Assembly: GCA_965250285.1 (NCBI GenBank)
Contig: OZ252299.1
Location: 5,472,001-5,536,000 of the forward strand
DNA: 64,000 nucleotides
Reading direction: 5' to 3'
Source: Myxococcota bacterium
Lineage (GTDB): Bacteria > Myxococcota_A > UBA9160 > UBA4427
Part shown: piece by piece, positions 9,405 through 17,948 of the stretch
How the letters are laid out: each line of letters starts with the position of its first letter
Numbering within the stretch: the stretch's first letter is position 1
Made by a program: the position numbers and the translations under genes
Notes under the pieces: model-generated
The model's database searches: none
Told to the model about the DNA's origin: nothing
Seen by the model: only the letters and a program-made list of their open reading frames with translations

Positions 9405-9498
9405 GGCGATATCGGGTCGTGGTAGACTGCCGGGTGTCCGAGGCATTCAGCCGCTGCGAGCTAGGTCGCCGCAAGCCGCTGAACGCCGACCGTTAAGT
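9368..9498 (+). repeat. attC site, class A
   Basis: ATCTAAC...GTTAAGT. Confidence 0.95.
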
Positions 9499-9516
9499 GG
9501 CACGATCGGCGGCCAG

Positions 9517-9987
9517 GTGGTGACTCTCGAACTCCGGTGGTCCAAGACGAAGCTCTATCTGTATCTGGCCGGCTCTTGCGCTTTCGTAGCTGGCAGCATT
9601 CTGGCCGATCTCCAGTGGTGGGAACGCGCGCTCGCTGCTGTCATTGGTGTCGTCGGCTCGGTGGCTCTTGCGCTGCGCCTTCAGCGGCAGACCCAACCGG
9701 TCTTGGTCATCTCGCCGGAAGGAGTTCAAGACTCCCGACTGACGCCGTCCCTCATGCCGTGGTCAACGATCGAGGCGGTGCAGTTCGAACCCAAGTACTT
9801 CCGCGGTGGTGCGATCCTCGTTGACCTGCACGCCGGTCTTCCAACTCCGACGGTCAACGCCAGCCTCTTCACGACACGAGGTCACTCGCCGACAGCTCAA
9901 GAAGGGCGTGTCAGGCTGCCGCTGTACGATCTGTCCTTCGACTCAGGCGCGGTGCGTCAGGCTCTCGAAGCCACGCGTGCCACCTAA
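9517..9987 (+). CDS. Membrane protein with PH-like soluble domain (STM3941-like)
   Basis: Two TMs then PVLVISPEGV.D....MPWSTI; stop in R''. Confidence 0.7.
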   Translation: MVTLELRWSKTKLYLYLAGSCAFVAGSILADLQWWERALAAVIGVVGSVALALRLQRQTQPVLVISPEGVQDSRLTPSLMPWSTIEAVQFEPKYFRGGAILVDLHAGLPTPTVNASLFTTRGHSPTAQEGRVRLPLYDLSFDSGAVRQALEATRAT

Positions 9988-10112
9988 CAAGCCGTTGCAG
10001 CGGACTTGCTAACGCTGAGGCGATATCGGGTCGTGGTAGACTGGCCGGTGTCCGAGGCGTTCAGCCGCAGCGAGCAAGGCCGCCGCAAGCCGCTGAACGC
10101 CGACCGTTAGGT
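9982..10112 (+). repeat. attC site, class A
   Basis: ACCTAAC...GTTAGGT. Confidence 0.95.
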
Positions 10113-10121
10113 GGCGGGGGA

Positions 10122-10583
10122 ATGGAGCCGGCGACAGACGACGACCTGCGCCCAGTACTCCCCGGAGAGCGCTGGACGCCACCTACTAACTTGGCAGCAA
10201 GACTCTTCTTCACCCTCCTTCGCCGCATACATGACCAACAAGACTGGGTCTGGCGGGGCGACGAGCCACACGTCAGTCTGGTGTTTCTGACTGCCATCCC
10301 CCAGGTTCTAAACGTGGCGACCCTCTTGGAATTCTTCATCCCACGTGAGAACGCCATCAGGCTAGTCGGCCCCGAACTCTCAAGCGCTATCGGCGTCTGC
10401 GCTGTTTCGCTGCCTGTTCTTCTTGAGGTCTGGTGGCTTCGCGAGCCTGGGCGACTCCACGTGGTGATCTGGGAAGCAGATACCTATCGATACTTGTCGG
10501 GCCCTATTGGTACTGCCCTGGTGGTCGCATACGTAGTGGGTTCGTTTCTTCTCTTCGGTCTAGTCGCCACGCCCGCCACCTAA
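10122..10583 (+). CDS. Membrane protein cassette
   Basis: ORF fills cassette; stop in R''. Confidence 0.8.
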   Translation: MEPATDDDLRPVLPGERWTPPTNLAARLFFTLLRRIHDQQDWVWRGDEPHVSLVFLTAIPQVLNVATLLEFFIPRENAIRLVGPELSSAIGVCAVSLPVLLEVWWLREPGRLHVVIWEADTYRYLSGPIGTALVVAYVVGSFLLFGLVATPAT

Positions 10584-10706
10584 CAAGCCGTTGCAGCGGA
10601 CGTGGCAACGCTTATGCCATGCCGGTCGTGGTAGGCTTGCGGAGTCCCAGGCGTCCCGAGCCGCGGTGCAAGGTTGCGCCACGCCGCTGAACGCCGACCG
10701 TTAGGC
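10578..10706 (+). repeat. attC site, class B
   Basis: ACCTAAC...GTTAGGC. Confidence 0.95.
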
Positions 10707-10723
10707 AGCATGGTCGTGTCTCC

Positions 10724-11077
10724 GTGGACGTGATCTCCGTCGAAGAATGGCAGCTCACCTCATTCTTCGAGGTGCTGCCGAGCTACCCCGATCCCGACTC
10801 ACCGTGGCCGTACACGGAAGTGGTCTATGAGGTCACCCGTGGTGACCTCTCGATGACATGCGCCATCTGCCCCGCGTACCGAGATGTCCGTCTCATTGTC
10901 CGTCACGGTGAAGCCGTCTCATACGAGTTGAACGCCACCCAGGTCCAGGATCTTTCCTACACGAAGGACGCTTCGGGCGAATCGTTGCGAATTGCGACCA
11001 GCGATTCTGAGTACATCGACCTGCGCCTCAACCCAGGTATCTCGATCAAGCACACAGTCGACCACCAGTTCGACTAG
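10724..11077 (+). CDS. Hypothetical protein cassette
   Basis: ORF fills cassette. Confidence 0.8.
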   Translation: MDVISVEEWQLTSFFEVLPSYPDPDSPWPYTEVVYEVTRGDLSMTCAICPAYRDVRLIVRHGEAVSYELNATQVQDLSYTKDASGESLRIATSDSEYIDLRLNPGISIKHTVDHQFD

Positions 11078-11087
11078 TGCGCATGCT

Positions 11088-11218
11088 GCCTAACAAGCCG
11101 TTGCAGCGGACTTGCTAACGCTTGGGCGATATCGGGTCGTGGTAGACTGCCGGTTGTCCTAGGCATTCAGTCGCTGCGAGCCAGGTCGCCGCAAGCCGCT
11201 GAACGCCGACCGTTAGGC
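11088..11218 (+). repeat. attC site, class A
   Basis: GCCTAAC...GTTAGGC. Confidence 0.95.
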
Positions 11219-11228
11219 AGCATCTCCC

Positions 11229-11690
11229 GTGCCGGAAGTTCGCGTCGTTATCCCGGACGAAACCTACGGAATCGTCAAGTTTCGCCAAGACGATCTCCCT
11301 GGTGTTGCCGTCATCAACAAGTCGTTGGTTGGATTCGCGTCGCGGGAGGTCTTTCGGTGGCATCTCTCGATCATGGTCCACTTCGAAGAGATCATCGACA
11401 ACGGTATGCCTGCTCAGGCTGACGTTGGTCTCGTAGATCGATTCGGCGATCAGCTAGATCAGGAACTCAAAGTCGACTCTGAGCGTCCGAATGCCCTCTT
11501 CCTGGGGCGTGTGACCTGGAACGAGACTCGTGAGCTCATCTATCGGGTATACGACCCGGAAGTCACGAACGACCTTCTCCAGCGAATCGTGAGCGATCGA
11601 ACGCATCCTCGAGAGTTCGACTATCGCATTGACGATGATCCTGACTGGGGCCTTGCAGAGTGGCATCTGAATGCGTGCGCTCCCGCTTAA
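11229..11690 (+). CDS. DUF695-family protein
   Basis: NGMP, LFLGRVTWNETRELIYRV, DDDPDW motifs. Confidence 0.75.
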   Translation: MPEVRVVIPDETYGIVKFRQDDLPGVAVINKSLVGFASREVFRWHLSIMVHFEEIIDNGMPAQADVGLVDRFGDQLDQELKVDSERPNALFLGRVTWNETRELIYRVYDPEVTNDLLQRIVSDRTHPREFDYRIDDDPDWGLAEWHLNACAPA

Positions 11691-11702
11691 TGCCCCGATG
11701 CT

Positions 11703-11833
11703 GCCTAACAAGCCGTTGCAGCGGACTTGCTTACGCTGAGGCGATCTAGGGCCGTGGTAGACTGACCGGCGTCCGAGGCGTTCAGCCACTGCGAGCAAGG
11801 CCGCCGCAAGCCGCTGAACGCCGACCGTTAGGC
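11703..11833 (+). repeat. attC site, class A
   Basis: GCCTAAC...GTTAGGC. Confidence 0.95.
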
Positions 11834-12107
11834 CGCGTGGCACAAGGCTCTCTAGTTGTTGGGTGCTGAATCCTGCCCACCGCCTTCTCGAGTCGGGCAG
11901 CTCGTTGCGAGCTCTCCAGCTAGCTGACCCGTTCGCTTCGCCCTTAGGTCATCCCCGACAGATCGAGCGCGACGCATCGCCAAAGTGGCCACAACCGGCT
12001 CTCTGGGTCGAACTTCGCCTTCGGCCTGCTCATCCCACTCCACTGCCGAACTCCAGCTTGGCAGGGGGTAGGGCGCCAGAGGGTCTGCTCTTCGCACGCG
12101 GTCTAAC
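11828..12107 (+). ncRNA. ORF-less cassette copy 4
   Basis: Homologous to 2010-2290. Confidence 0.55.
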
Positions 12108-12235
12108 AAGCCGTTGCAGCGGACATCGTCCAGCTGAGGCGATATCGGCTCTGGTAGTTTCTTGGCAACGAACCAAGTGCGTTCAGCGAGACCGGTCAGC
12201 AGCTGGCCGATGCCGCTGAACGCCGACCGTTAGAC
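12101..12235 (+). repeat. attC site, class C (CATCGTCCAGCTG/CAGCTGGCCGATG stem)
   Basis: GTCTAAC...GTTAGAC. Confidence 0.95.
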
Positions 12236-12251
12236 AGCCGGAGCGGCGCCT

Positions 12252-12632
12252 GTGACGCTCGATCAAGCGCTGATCGCGAGCCTCGGAATCGGAATGCTTG
12301 CGTGCATTGCCCTCGTTCTCAGGGGCTATATCGAGGTTCGCATTCGATTCAGTGGCTTTCTCAGGTCCGAGCGCCCGGAACTATGGTCGCAGCTCGCCCC
12401 TTCTCACAACGACTCCGAAGAGTTCGTCACCCTGGGCATTTTGAGCTTCGATCCCACGCCAGCAATTTCGCGTTTTCGACGCGGGGGCTTTCGCGAGCTC
12501 GCCGACACCGAGCTTTCTGCGCGCTGTGCGCATGCGAACCGCGCGGAGCGCATCGGACTTCTCTCGTGGTTCGCCCTGCTCGCGTGGACGTTGGTCGTGT
12601 TCGGAGTCATCATCGCCTTGCGTGCCGCGTGA
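12252..12632 (+). CDS. Two-TM membrane protein cassette
   Basis: ORF fills cassette. Confidence 0.8.
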   Translation: MTLDQALIASLGIGMLACIALVLRGYIEVRIRFSGFLRSERPELWSQLAPSHNDSEEFVTLGILSFDPTPAISRFRRGGFRELADTELSARCAHANRAERIGLLSWFALLAWTLVVFGVIIALRAA

Positions 12633-12639
12633 ACCGGCT

Positions 12640-12771
12640 GTCTAACAAGGCGTTGCAGCGGACACCGAACAGCTGGATCGAATCGACCGTGTTAGCCTCT
12701 TGGCATCAACCCAGGTGCTTCATCGGCCCGGTCAGCGCCGTCCGGTGCCGCTGAACGCCGATCCGTTAGGC
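12640..12771 (+). repeat. attC site, class D (CACCG/CGGTG stem)
   Basis: GTCTAAC...GTTAGGC. Confidence 0.93.
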
Positions 12772-12801
12772 GGCGTTCGAGTTGACTCGAGACGTACTCG
12801 A

Positions 12802-13053
12802 ATGACAAGGTCGCCGTGGTTGACAGGCTTGGCCCTTGGCATCGTGATCGGGGCCATCGCGGCCGGCTTCGCTGTGTTCGCGGCTCTCGATCACAACCCG
12901 CAGGGCGAGTTCCAGCGCGGTGGCTCGGTCCAGGTCGGTCCTCTTCTCTTGATAGGTGGTAGCTGGTTCGGACTCGTGGGCGCCGTTGTGTGGCTTGTGT
13001 TGGGCTCGGCTCTGGCGATTCTCCGACGAAGGCGCGAACACCACGCCGCCTAA
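12802..13053 (+). CDS. Small membrane protein cassette
   Basis: ATG after R'; DHNPQGEF loop between two TMs; stop in R''. Confidence 0.75.
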   Translation: MTRSPWLTGLALGIVIGAIAAGFAVFAALDHNPQGEFQRGGSVQVGPLLLIGGSWFGLVGAVVWLVLGSALAILRRRREHHAA

Positions 13054-13177
13054 CAAGCCGTTGCAGCGGACGTGGCAACGCCTTCGCTCTATCGCTGGTG
13101 GTAGAATTTCCACATCCCAGGCTTCGGCCGTCGTGGTGCAAGGTTGTGCCACGCCGCTGAACGCCGAACCGTTAGGC
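13048..13177 (+). repeat. attC site, class B
   Basis: GCCTAAC...GTTAGGC. Confidence 0.95.
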
Positions 13178-13225
13178 GGCGGAACTGTGTGCTGAAGCGT
13201 GCCGCGGGAATGACGGAGCCCTTCG

Positions 13226-13519
13226 ATGAAGCGAACAGCCTACTCGCCCGAACTGCAGTCGGAACTCGCACATGGTAAGTATACGAAGTGGGCAGCTGAT
13301 CTGACTGAAGCCGAGCTTTACAACCTGCTATGGCTCGTAGGCGAGTTCGGCGTTCGCACGCCAGAAGACAGCGAGGGGCCGGTGATCGGCGCGAGTCACC
13401 GACGCGCCGGCGCTCGCTGGGGCATAGTTCAGTATGTCCGCTGCCGGCGAGCGGTGTCGTTCCAGCGCGCCATACGTCGTTACAATCCAGACGGCTCGTT
13501 GAGAAAGCCGAGTGCCTAG
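13226..13519 (+). CDS. Duplicate of the 6447 cassette ORF
   Basis: Identical translation. Confidence 0.65.
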   Translation: MKRTAYSPELQSELAHGKYTKWAADLTEAELYNLLWLVGEFGVRTPEDSEGPVIGASHRRAGARWGIVQYVRCRRAVSFQRAIRRYNPDGSLRKPSA

Positions 13520-13529
13520 CTCGTCCGCC

Positions 13530-13660
13530 GCCTAACAAGCCGTTGCAGCGGACTTGCTAACGCTGAGGCGATATCGGGTCGTGGTAGACTGGCCGGTGTC
13601 CGAGGCGTTCAGCCGCAGCGCGCAAGGCCGCCGCAAGCCGCTGAACGCCGACCGTTAGGC
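13530..13660 (+). repeat. attC site, class A
   Basis: GCCTAAC...GTTAGGC. Confidence 0.95.
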
Positions 13661-13676
13661 CGCAACTCGAGCTTGA

Positions 13677-14111
13677 ATGATGCGATGGTCGGTAGATACG
13701 GCGGACGCGCACCGTCTTCTTTGGGCGGTCCTTGATCACTTTGAAGGCAATGCGCTTGTCTCGTTCGAGGGCAGGCTTTCCGACCTCGGGCTCTCGCCCA
13801 TTTCTGGTGCCCGATCAGACGAGTCTTCGGTACTTCGCAGGCACACACAGCTCCCAGTTCAAGACTTCGTAGTTCTACCCGTGAACCGTGAGACGATTCG
13901 CGACGTGAAGCGCTGTCTCTCAGACGTCGAGCTCATCGACGAGTCCGGGCCGGTCATTCACGTCCAGGTCCAATCGGGCGACTCCCTAGTTCTCGGGGCG
14001 TACGACAATTTCGATCCCGAGTGCGTCGTGGTCTGGCCCCCTACGCCAGAGGCGTTGCTTCAAGGGCTCCTCGAGGCCGGCGCCCTCCGCTCGTACAACG
14101 TTGCGGCCTAA
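13677..14111 (+). CDS. Hypothetical protein cassette
   Basis: ORF fills cassette; stop in R''. Confidence 0.8.
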   Translation: MMRWSVDTADAHRLLWAVLDHFEGNALVSFEGRLSDLGLSPISGARSDESSVLRRHTQLPVQDFVVLPVNRETIRDVKRCLSDVELIDESGPVIHVQVQSGDSLVLGAYDNFDPECVVVWPPTPEALLQGLLEAGALRSYNVAA

Positions 14112-14236
14112 CAAGCCGTTGCAGCGGACTTGCTACCGCTGAGGCGATATCGGTCCGTGGTAGCATGGCGGGCATCCGAGGCGTTCCGTGACTGCGAGCA
14201 AGGCCGCCGCAAGCCGCTGAACGCCGACCGTTAGGC
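14106..14236 (+). repeat. attC site, class A
   Basis: GCCTAAC...GTTAGGC. Confidence 0.95.
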
Positions 14237-14512
14237 CGCGTGGCACAAGGCCCTCTAGTTGTTGGGTGCCGATTCCTGCCCACCGCCTTCTCGAGTCGGG
14301 CAGCTCGTTGCGAGCTCTCCAGCTAGCTGACCCGTTCGCTTCGCCCTTAGGTCATCCGCGACAGATCGAGCGCGACGCATCGCCAAAGTGCCCACAACCG
14401 GCTCTCTGGGGCGACCTTCGCCTTCGGCCTGCTCTCATCCCACTCGACTGCCGAACTCCAGCTTGGCAGGGGGTAGGGCGCCAGAGGGTCTGTTCTTCGC
14501 ACGCGGTCTAAC
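14231..14512 (+). ncRNA. ORF-less cassette copy 5
   Basis: Homologous to 2010-2290; 2-nt insertion relative to copy 4. Confidence 0.55.
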
Positions 14513-14640
14513 AAGCCGTTGCAGCGGACATCGTCCAGCTGAGGCGACATCGGCTTTGGTAGCTTGTTGGCATCGAACTCTGTGCGTTCAGCGAGAGCGG
14601 TCAGCAGCTGGCCGATGCCGCTGAACGCCGACCGTTAGGC
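14506..14640 (+). repeat. attC site, class C
   Basis: GTCTAAC...GTTAGGC. Confidence 0.95.
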
Positions 14641-14648
14641 GGCGTTGC

Positions 14649-15080
14649 GTGGATGCTGTCGCGTACGTTCGTCGCGTGATCTGGCTGCCCACGGTTGTCC
14701 CGTTCGTACTAGTTGCCGTAATCGCTGTCGTCGGCTCAAGCGATGGGACAGTTCGATACTCCATTCGTGAGTATCTCGACCATTGCCGCTTCTACGGTGC
14801 GTTTCTGTATCCGGTATACGTTGCAATCGCCCTGTACAACTTTCGCGAGTCCGGCGTCAAGGCCCACTGGGCGCTTCTGTTTGCGACGCCGATCGCATTT
14901 CCGATCTTCTACGCCTCGGTCAACGCAACTCTGTGGTACTACGAAACTGATTGGGGCACGGGCCTTTATTCGTTCTTCCTTTACCTCGGGGGTGCGCTTG
15001 GCGTTCCCATTGGGCTCGCTTTCGCATTGATCGCGTGGGGTCTTTGGCGAGTTCGGTTGCTGCGGCGGAACGCCGCCTAA
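14649..15080 (+). CDS. Multi-pass membrane protein cassette
   Basis: Hydrophobic ORF; stop in R''. Confidence 0.8.
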   Translation: MDAVAYVRRVIWLPTVVPFVLVAVIAVVGSSDGTVRYSIREYLDHCRFYGAFLYPVYVAIALYNFRESGVKAHWALLFATPIAFPIFYASVNATLWYYETDWGTGLYSFFLYLGGALGVPIGLAFALIAWGLWRVRLLRRNAA

Positions 15081-15206
15081 CAAGCCGTTGCAGCGGACTT
15101 GCTAACGCCGAGGCGATCTTGGTTCTTGCTAGAATCTCGGGCGTCCGAGGCGTTCAGTCGTTGCGAGCAAGGTCGCCGCAAGCCGCTGAACGCCGATCCG
15201 TTAGGC
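15075..15206 (+). repeat. attC site, class A
   Basis: GCCTAAC...GTTAGGC. Confidence 0.95.
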
Positions 15207-15214
15207 GGCGAAGC

Positions 15215-15589
15215 GTGACTCGGAGCCAATCCGCAGATGAAGCAACGCTGCGGCGGGTTCGCGACAACATCATCGAGTATCTCGAGATCACCTCGTCGAT
15301 CGAACGGCAGAGGGCCGAGCACCATGTCCCGGGTGAGACGCTCAACTCGTGGGACGACTCCTTCAACGAATCCTGGTTCAAGGCCTACCTTCCTCCGGTG
15401 TTCTCGAACGAGGAGCGCGACGCGATGCTGTCGTTTCACGCGTCGCTGGAGCGGATCTGCTCCCTTCTGCCCGAGCCTCTCCCGACCTTTGACGAGCTGG
15501 CTGCAAATCGTGAATGGCAGCAACTCTGCGAGGCTGCCGCCGCCGCGGCCGCAGTCTTCCGCCACCGGGGGCGCTCCTCGTCTGCTTAG
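15215..15589 (+). CDS. Hypothetical protein cassette
   Basis: GTG start after R', in frame with track ORF 14951-15589. Confidence 0.8.
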   Translation: MTRSQSADEATLRRVRDNIIEYLEITSSIERQRAEHHVPGETLNSWDDSFNESWFKAYLPPVFSNEERDAMLSFHASLERICSLLPEPLPTFDELAANREWQQLCEAAAAAAAVFRHRGRSSSA

Positions 15590-15599
15590 CCGGTTCGCC

Positions 15600-15730
15600 G
15601 CCTAACAAGCCGTTGCAGCGGACTTGCTAACTCTGAGGCGATATCGGGTCGTGGTAGACTGGCCGGCGTCCGAGGCGTTCAGTCGCTGCGAGCAAGGCCG
15701 CCGCAAGCCGCTGAACGCCGACCGTTAGGC
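15600..15730 (+). repeat. attC site, class A
   Basis: GCCTAAC...GTTAGGC. Confidence 0.95.
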
Positions 15731-15746
15731 GGCCTGGCCGACCCAC

Positions 15747-16259
15747 ATGCCGGACCCGACAGACACGCTGATGATCCTCGTAGAGGCCGCTGCCGCCGTA
15801 GCGGGTTTCTCGGGCGTAGTGGTCGTCTTCGGTCGCCGTTCGGCTGGCGCCTGGTCCGATCTCGAGCGCACTCGCTTGTTCAATCTTCTCTTCACGAGCT
15901 TCACAGTTCTCTTCTCATCGCTCGGAGCGCTCGTCCTACTTCATGCAGAGCTGAGCGATTCTACGACCTGGCGAATCGGGAGCATTAGCTGGTCCGTTTT
16001 GTCGACTTGGCAGATCGCATCGGTCGCACGAGCCTACTCCTCCCTTTCGCGCAGTGATCCCAATCGCCCACACGTAGCCATTCCGGTAGTTCTTCTCGGG
16101 TTGACGGCTGGTCTTGTGGTTCTCAATCTGTACAACGCCTTTGTAGGCACGCCTGAATTCTGGCGTTTTCTTGCAGCGCTAGTCTGGCTTCTGGCGCTCG
16201 CCTGGTACTCGTTCGCACAACTTCTTCTGGTAGCCAGCCGAGGCGAGCAGGCCGCCTAA
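15747..16259 (+). CDS. Membrane protein, 'E...A.AGF.G' family (5 paralogues in window)
   Basis: EAAAAVAGFSGVVVVFGRR; stop in R''. Confidence 0.85.
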   Translation: MPDPTDTLMILVEAAAAVAGFSGVVVVFGRRSAGAWSDLERTRLFNLLFTSFTVLFSSLGALVLLHAELSDSTTWRIGSISWSVLSTWQIASVARAYSSLSRSDPNRPHVAIPVVLLGLTAGLVVLNLYNAFVGTPEFWRFLAALVWLLALAWYSFAQLLLVASRGEQAA

Positions 16260-16382
16260 CAAGCCGTTGCAGCGGACGTGGCAACGCTGTGCCGATATCG
16301 CGCGTGGTAGAATGTCAGCATCACAGGCTTCGGCCGGCGCGGTGCAAGGTTGTGCCACGCCGCTGAACGTCGACCGTTAGGC
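16254..16382 (+). repeat. attC site, class B
   Basis: GCCTAAC...GTTAGGC. Confidence 0.95.
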
Positions 16383-16390
16383 GGCGCGAG

Positions 16391-16879
16391 TTGCGAGCCT
16401 CTTCGATCCATACCGCCGTGGTTCTCTCAGCCCTCATAGGCTGCGCAACAACCGATCTCGCTGCGATCCCCTCGGAAGAGTGTCACTACTTACTGCCGGC
16501 ATTCTTTGGCGAACAGGACGAGTTTCGCGCGATCCGTCAGGGCGACGACTTTCATGCCGTTCAGGTACCACCCGTCGGGCCGGACGGTGAGTCGCCCGAC
16601 CGCCGCCGCTTCGCCGAGCTAGTGACAGACGTCGATTCTCACTGGTACCGCATCGACGACACCGCTTACGCTTGGTTCGGCGAAGGGCCAGCTCTGCGCT
16701 TTCCCTATTCTGGCTATCTAGCTCGGGTGCGGGAGATCTGTTCCGATTGCGAGGTCGGCGACTCGATCATGCATCCGGCCCCCGGCCTGGAGGCGGAGTG
16801 CATCGCAGTCGACGCTGAGCCGATATCGCTGCCGGACGGGCTTCGATTCCAAGATATCGACCCTGCACACTTCAAGTAG
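16391..16879 (+). CDS. Putative lipoprotein cassette
   Basis: Lipobox LIGC. Confidence 0.8.
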   Translation: MRASSIHTAVVLSALIGCATTDLAAIPSEECHYLLPAFFGEQDEFRAIRQGDDFHAVQVPPVGPDGESPDRRRFAELVTDVDSHWYRIDDTAYAWFGEGPALRFPYSGYLARVREICSDCEVGDSIMHPAPGLEAECIAVDAEPISLPDGLRFQDIDPAHFK

Positions 16880-16904
16880 TCCGCACACGCTCACTTCGCG
16901 CGCC

Positions 16905-17034
16905 GCCTAACAAGCCGTTGCAGCGGACTTGCTAACGCTTGAGCCGTATCGGGGCGTGGTAGAATTGCGAAGTCCGAGGCGTTCAGTCGCTGCGAGCAAG
17001 GCCGCCGCAAGCCGCTGAACGCCGACCGTTAGGC
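16905..17034 (+). repeat. attC site, class A
   Basis: GCCTAAC...GTTAGGC. Confidence 0.95.
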
Positions 17035-17045
17035 CGCGAGAAGCT

Positions 17046-17297
17046 GTGCAGATGCACATCGTCGCATTCGCTGCGTTCGCTGCGGCTTCGGCGGTCTTCC
17101 TCGTCAAGATCGTTCCGCGGCTACTTGTCGATGATCCTCATCAGCCGTGGGCGCTGAGCCTCATGGTTGTGCCCGCCTATCGCCGATACTTCGCGATCTG
17201 TCGAGAGAATCGCGAGTCGCCAATGTGGGCACTCGTTAGCCTTACCCTCTTCGCTGTGTCTGCGGCGGCCGCCGTGGTTGCGGTTCGCTTCGCTTAG
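17046..17297 (+). CDS. Small membrane protein cassette
   Basis: ORF fills cassette. Confidence 0.75.
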   Translation: MQMHIVAFAAFAAASAVFLVKIVPRLLVDDPHQPWALSLMVVPAYRRYFAICRENRESPMWALVSLTLFAVSAAAAVVAVRFA

Positions 17298-17306
17298 CCG
17301 CTCGCG

Positions 17307-17437
17307 GCCTAACAAGCCGTTGCAGCGGACTTGCTACCGCTGAGGCGATATCGGGCCGTGGTAGAGTGACGGGTGTCTGGGGCGTTCAGCTGTTGCGAGC
17401 AAGGCCGCCGCAAGCCGCTGAACGCCGAACGTTAGGC
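17307..17437 (+). repeat. attC site, class A
   Basis: GCCTAAC...GTTAGGC. Confidence 0.95.
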
Positions 17438-17444
17438 GGCGGGA

Positions 17445-17948
17445 TTGCAGGGCCAGCTTTCACTTGAGGCAATTGCGGAGATCTCAATCGCCCTCGCCGG
17501 GTTCTCCGGTCTGATTGCCATGGTCAGAAGTGGCCCCGTCCACGACTGGCACCCGCGGGTTCGACTCGCGTTCTGGATTAGCCTCAACTGGAGTATTGCA
17601 GCGGTGGCCCTGAGCCTGCTCCCGTCGTTGCTAATCACTTTCGGCCCATCAAGCTGGGTACTTCTAAACGGCGTAGCGAGCATCGTTCTTGTTGCTGGAC
17701 TGGCGTTGATGCTCTGCGCGCATCTTCATCTGAATCGCCAAGGATCACCAACGCAGAACCCGTGGCATTGGGTGGCGAACATCTCCGTCATTGCCGTCGG
17801 TGCGGTCGGAACCCTGTCGGCTCTGCTTGGCGCTGGCGACGGCGCGAGCTTCGAGTCGTTCAGATTCGGGGTCATCTCTTGCCTACTGGCTGCGTTGCCG
17901 GGCTTCTTGGCGAGCTTCCGAGTTCGAAGTCCCTCGCCCGCCGCCTAA
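17445..17948 (+). CDS. Membrane protein, 'E...A.AGF.G' family
   Basis: EISIALAGFSGLIAMV; stop in R''. Confidence 0.85.
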   Translation: MQGQLSLEAIAEISIALAGFSGLIAMVRSGPVHDWHPRVRLAFWISLNWSIAAVALSLLPSLLITFGPSSWVLLNGVASIVLVAGLALMLCAHLHLNRQGSPTQNPWHWVANISVIAVGAVGTLSALLGAGDGASFESFRFGVISCLLAALPGFLASFRVRSPSPAA

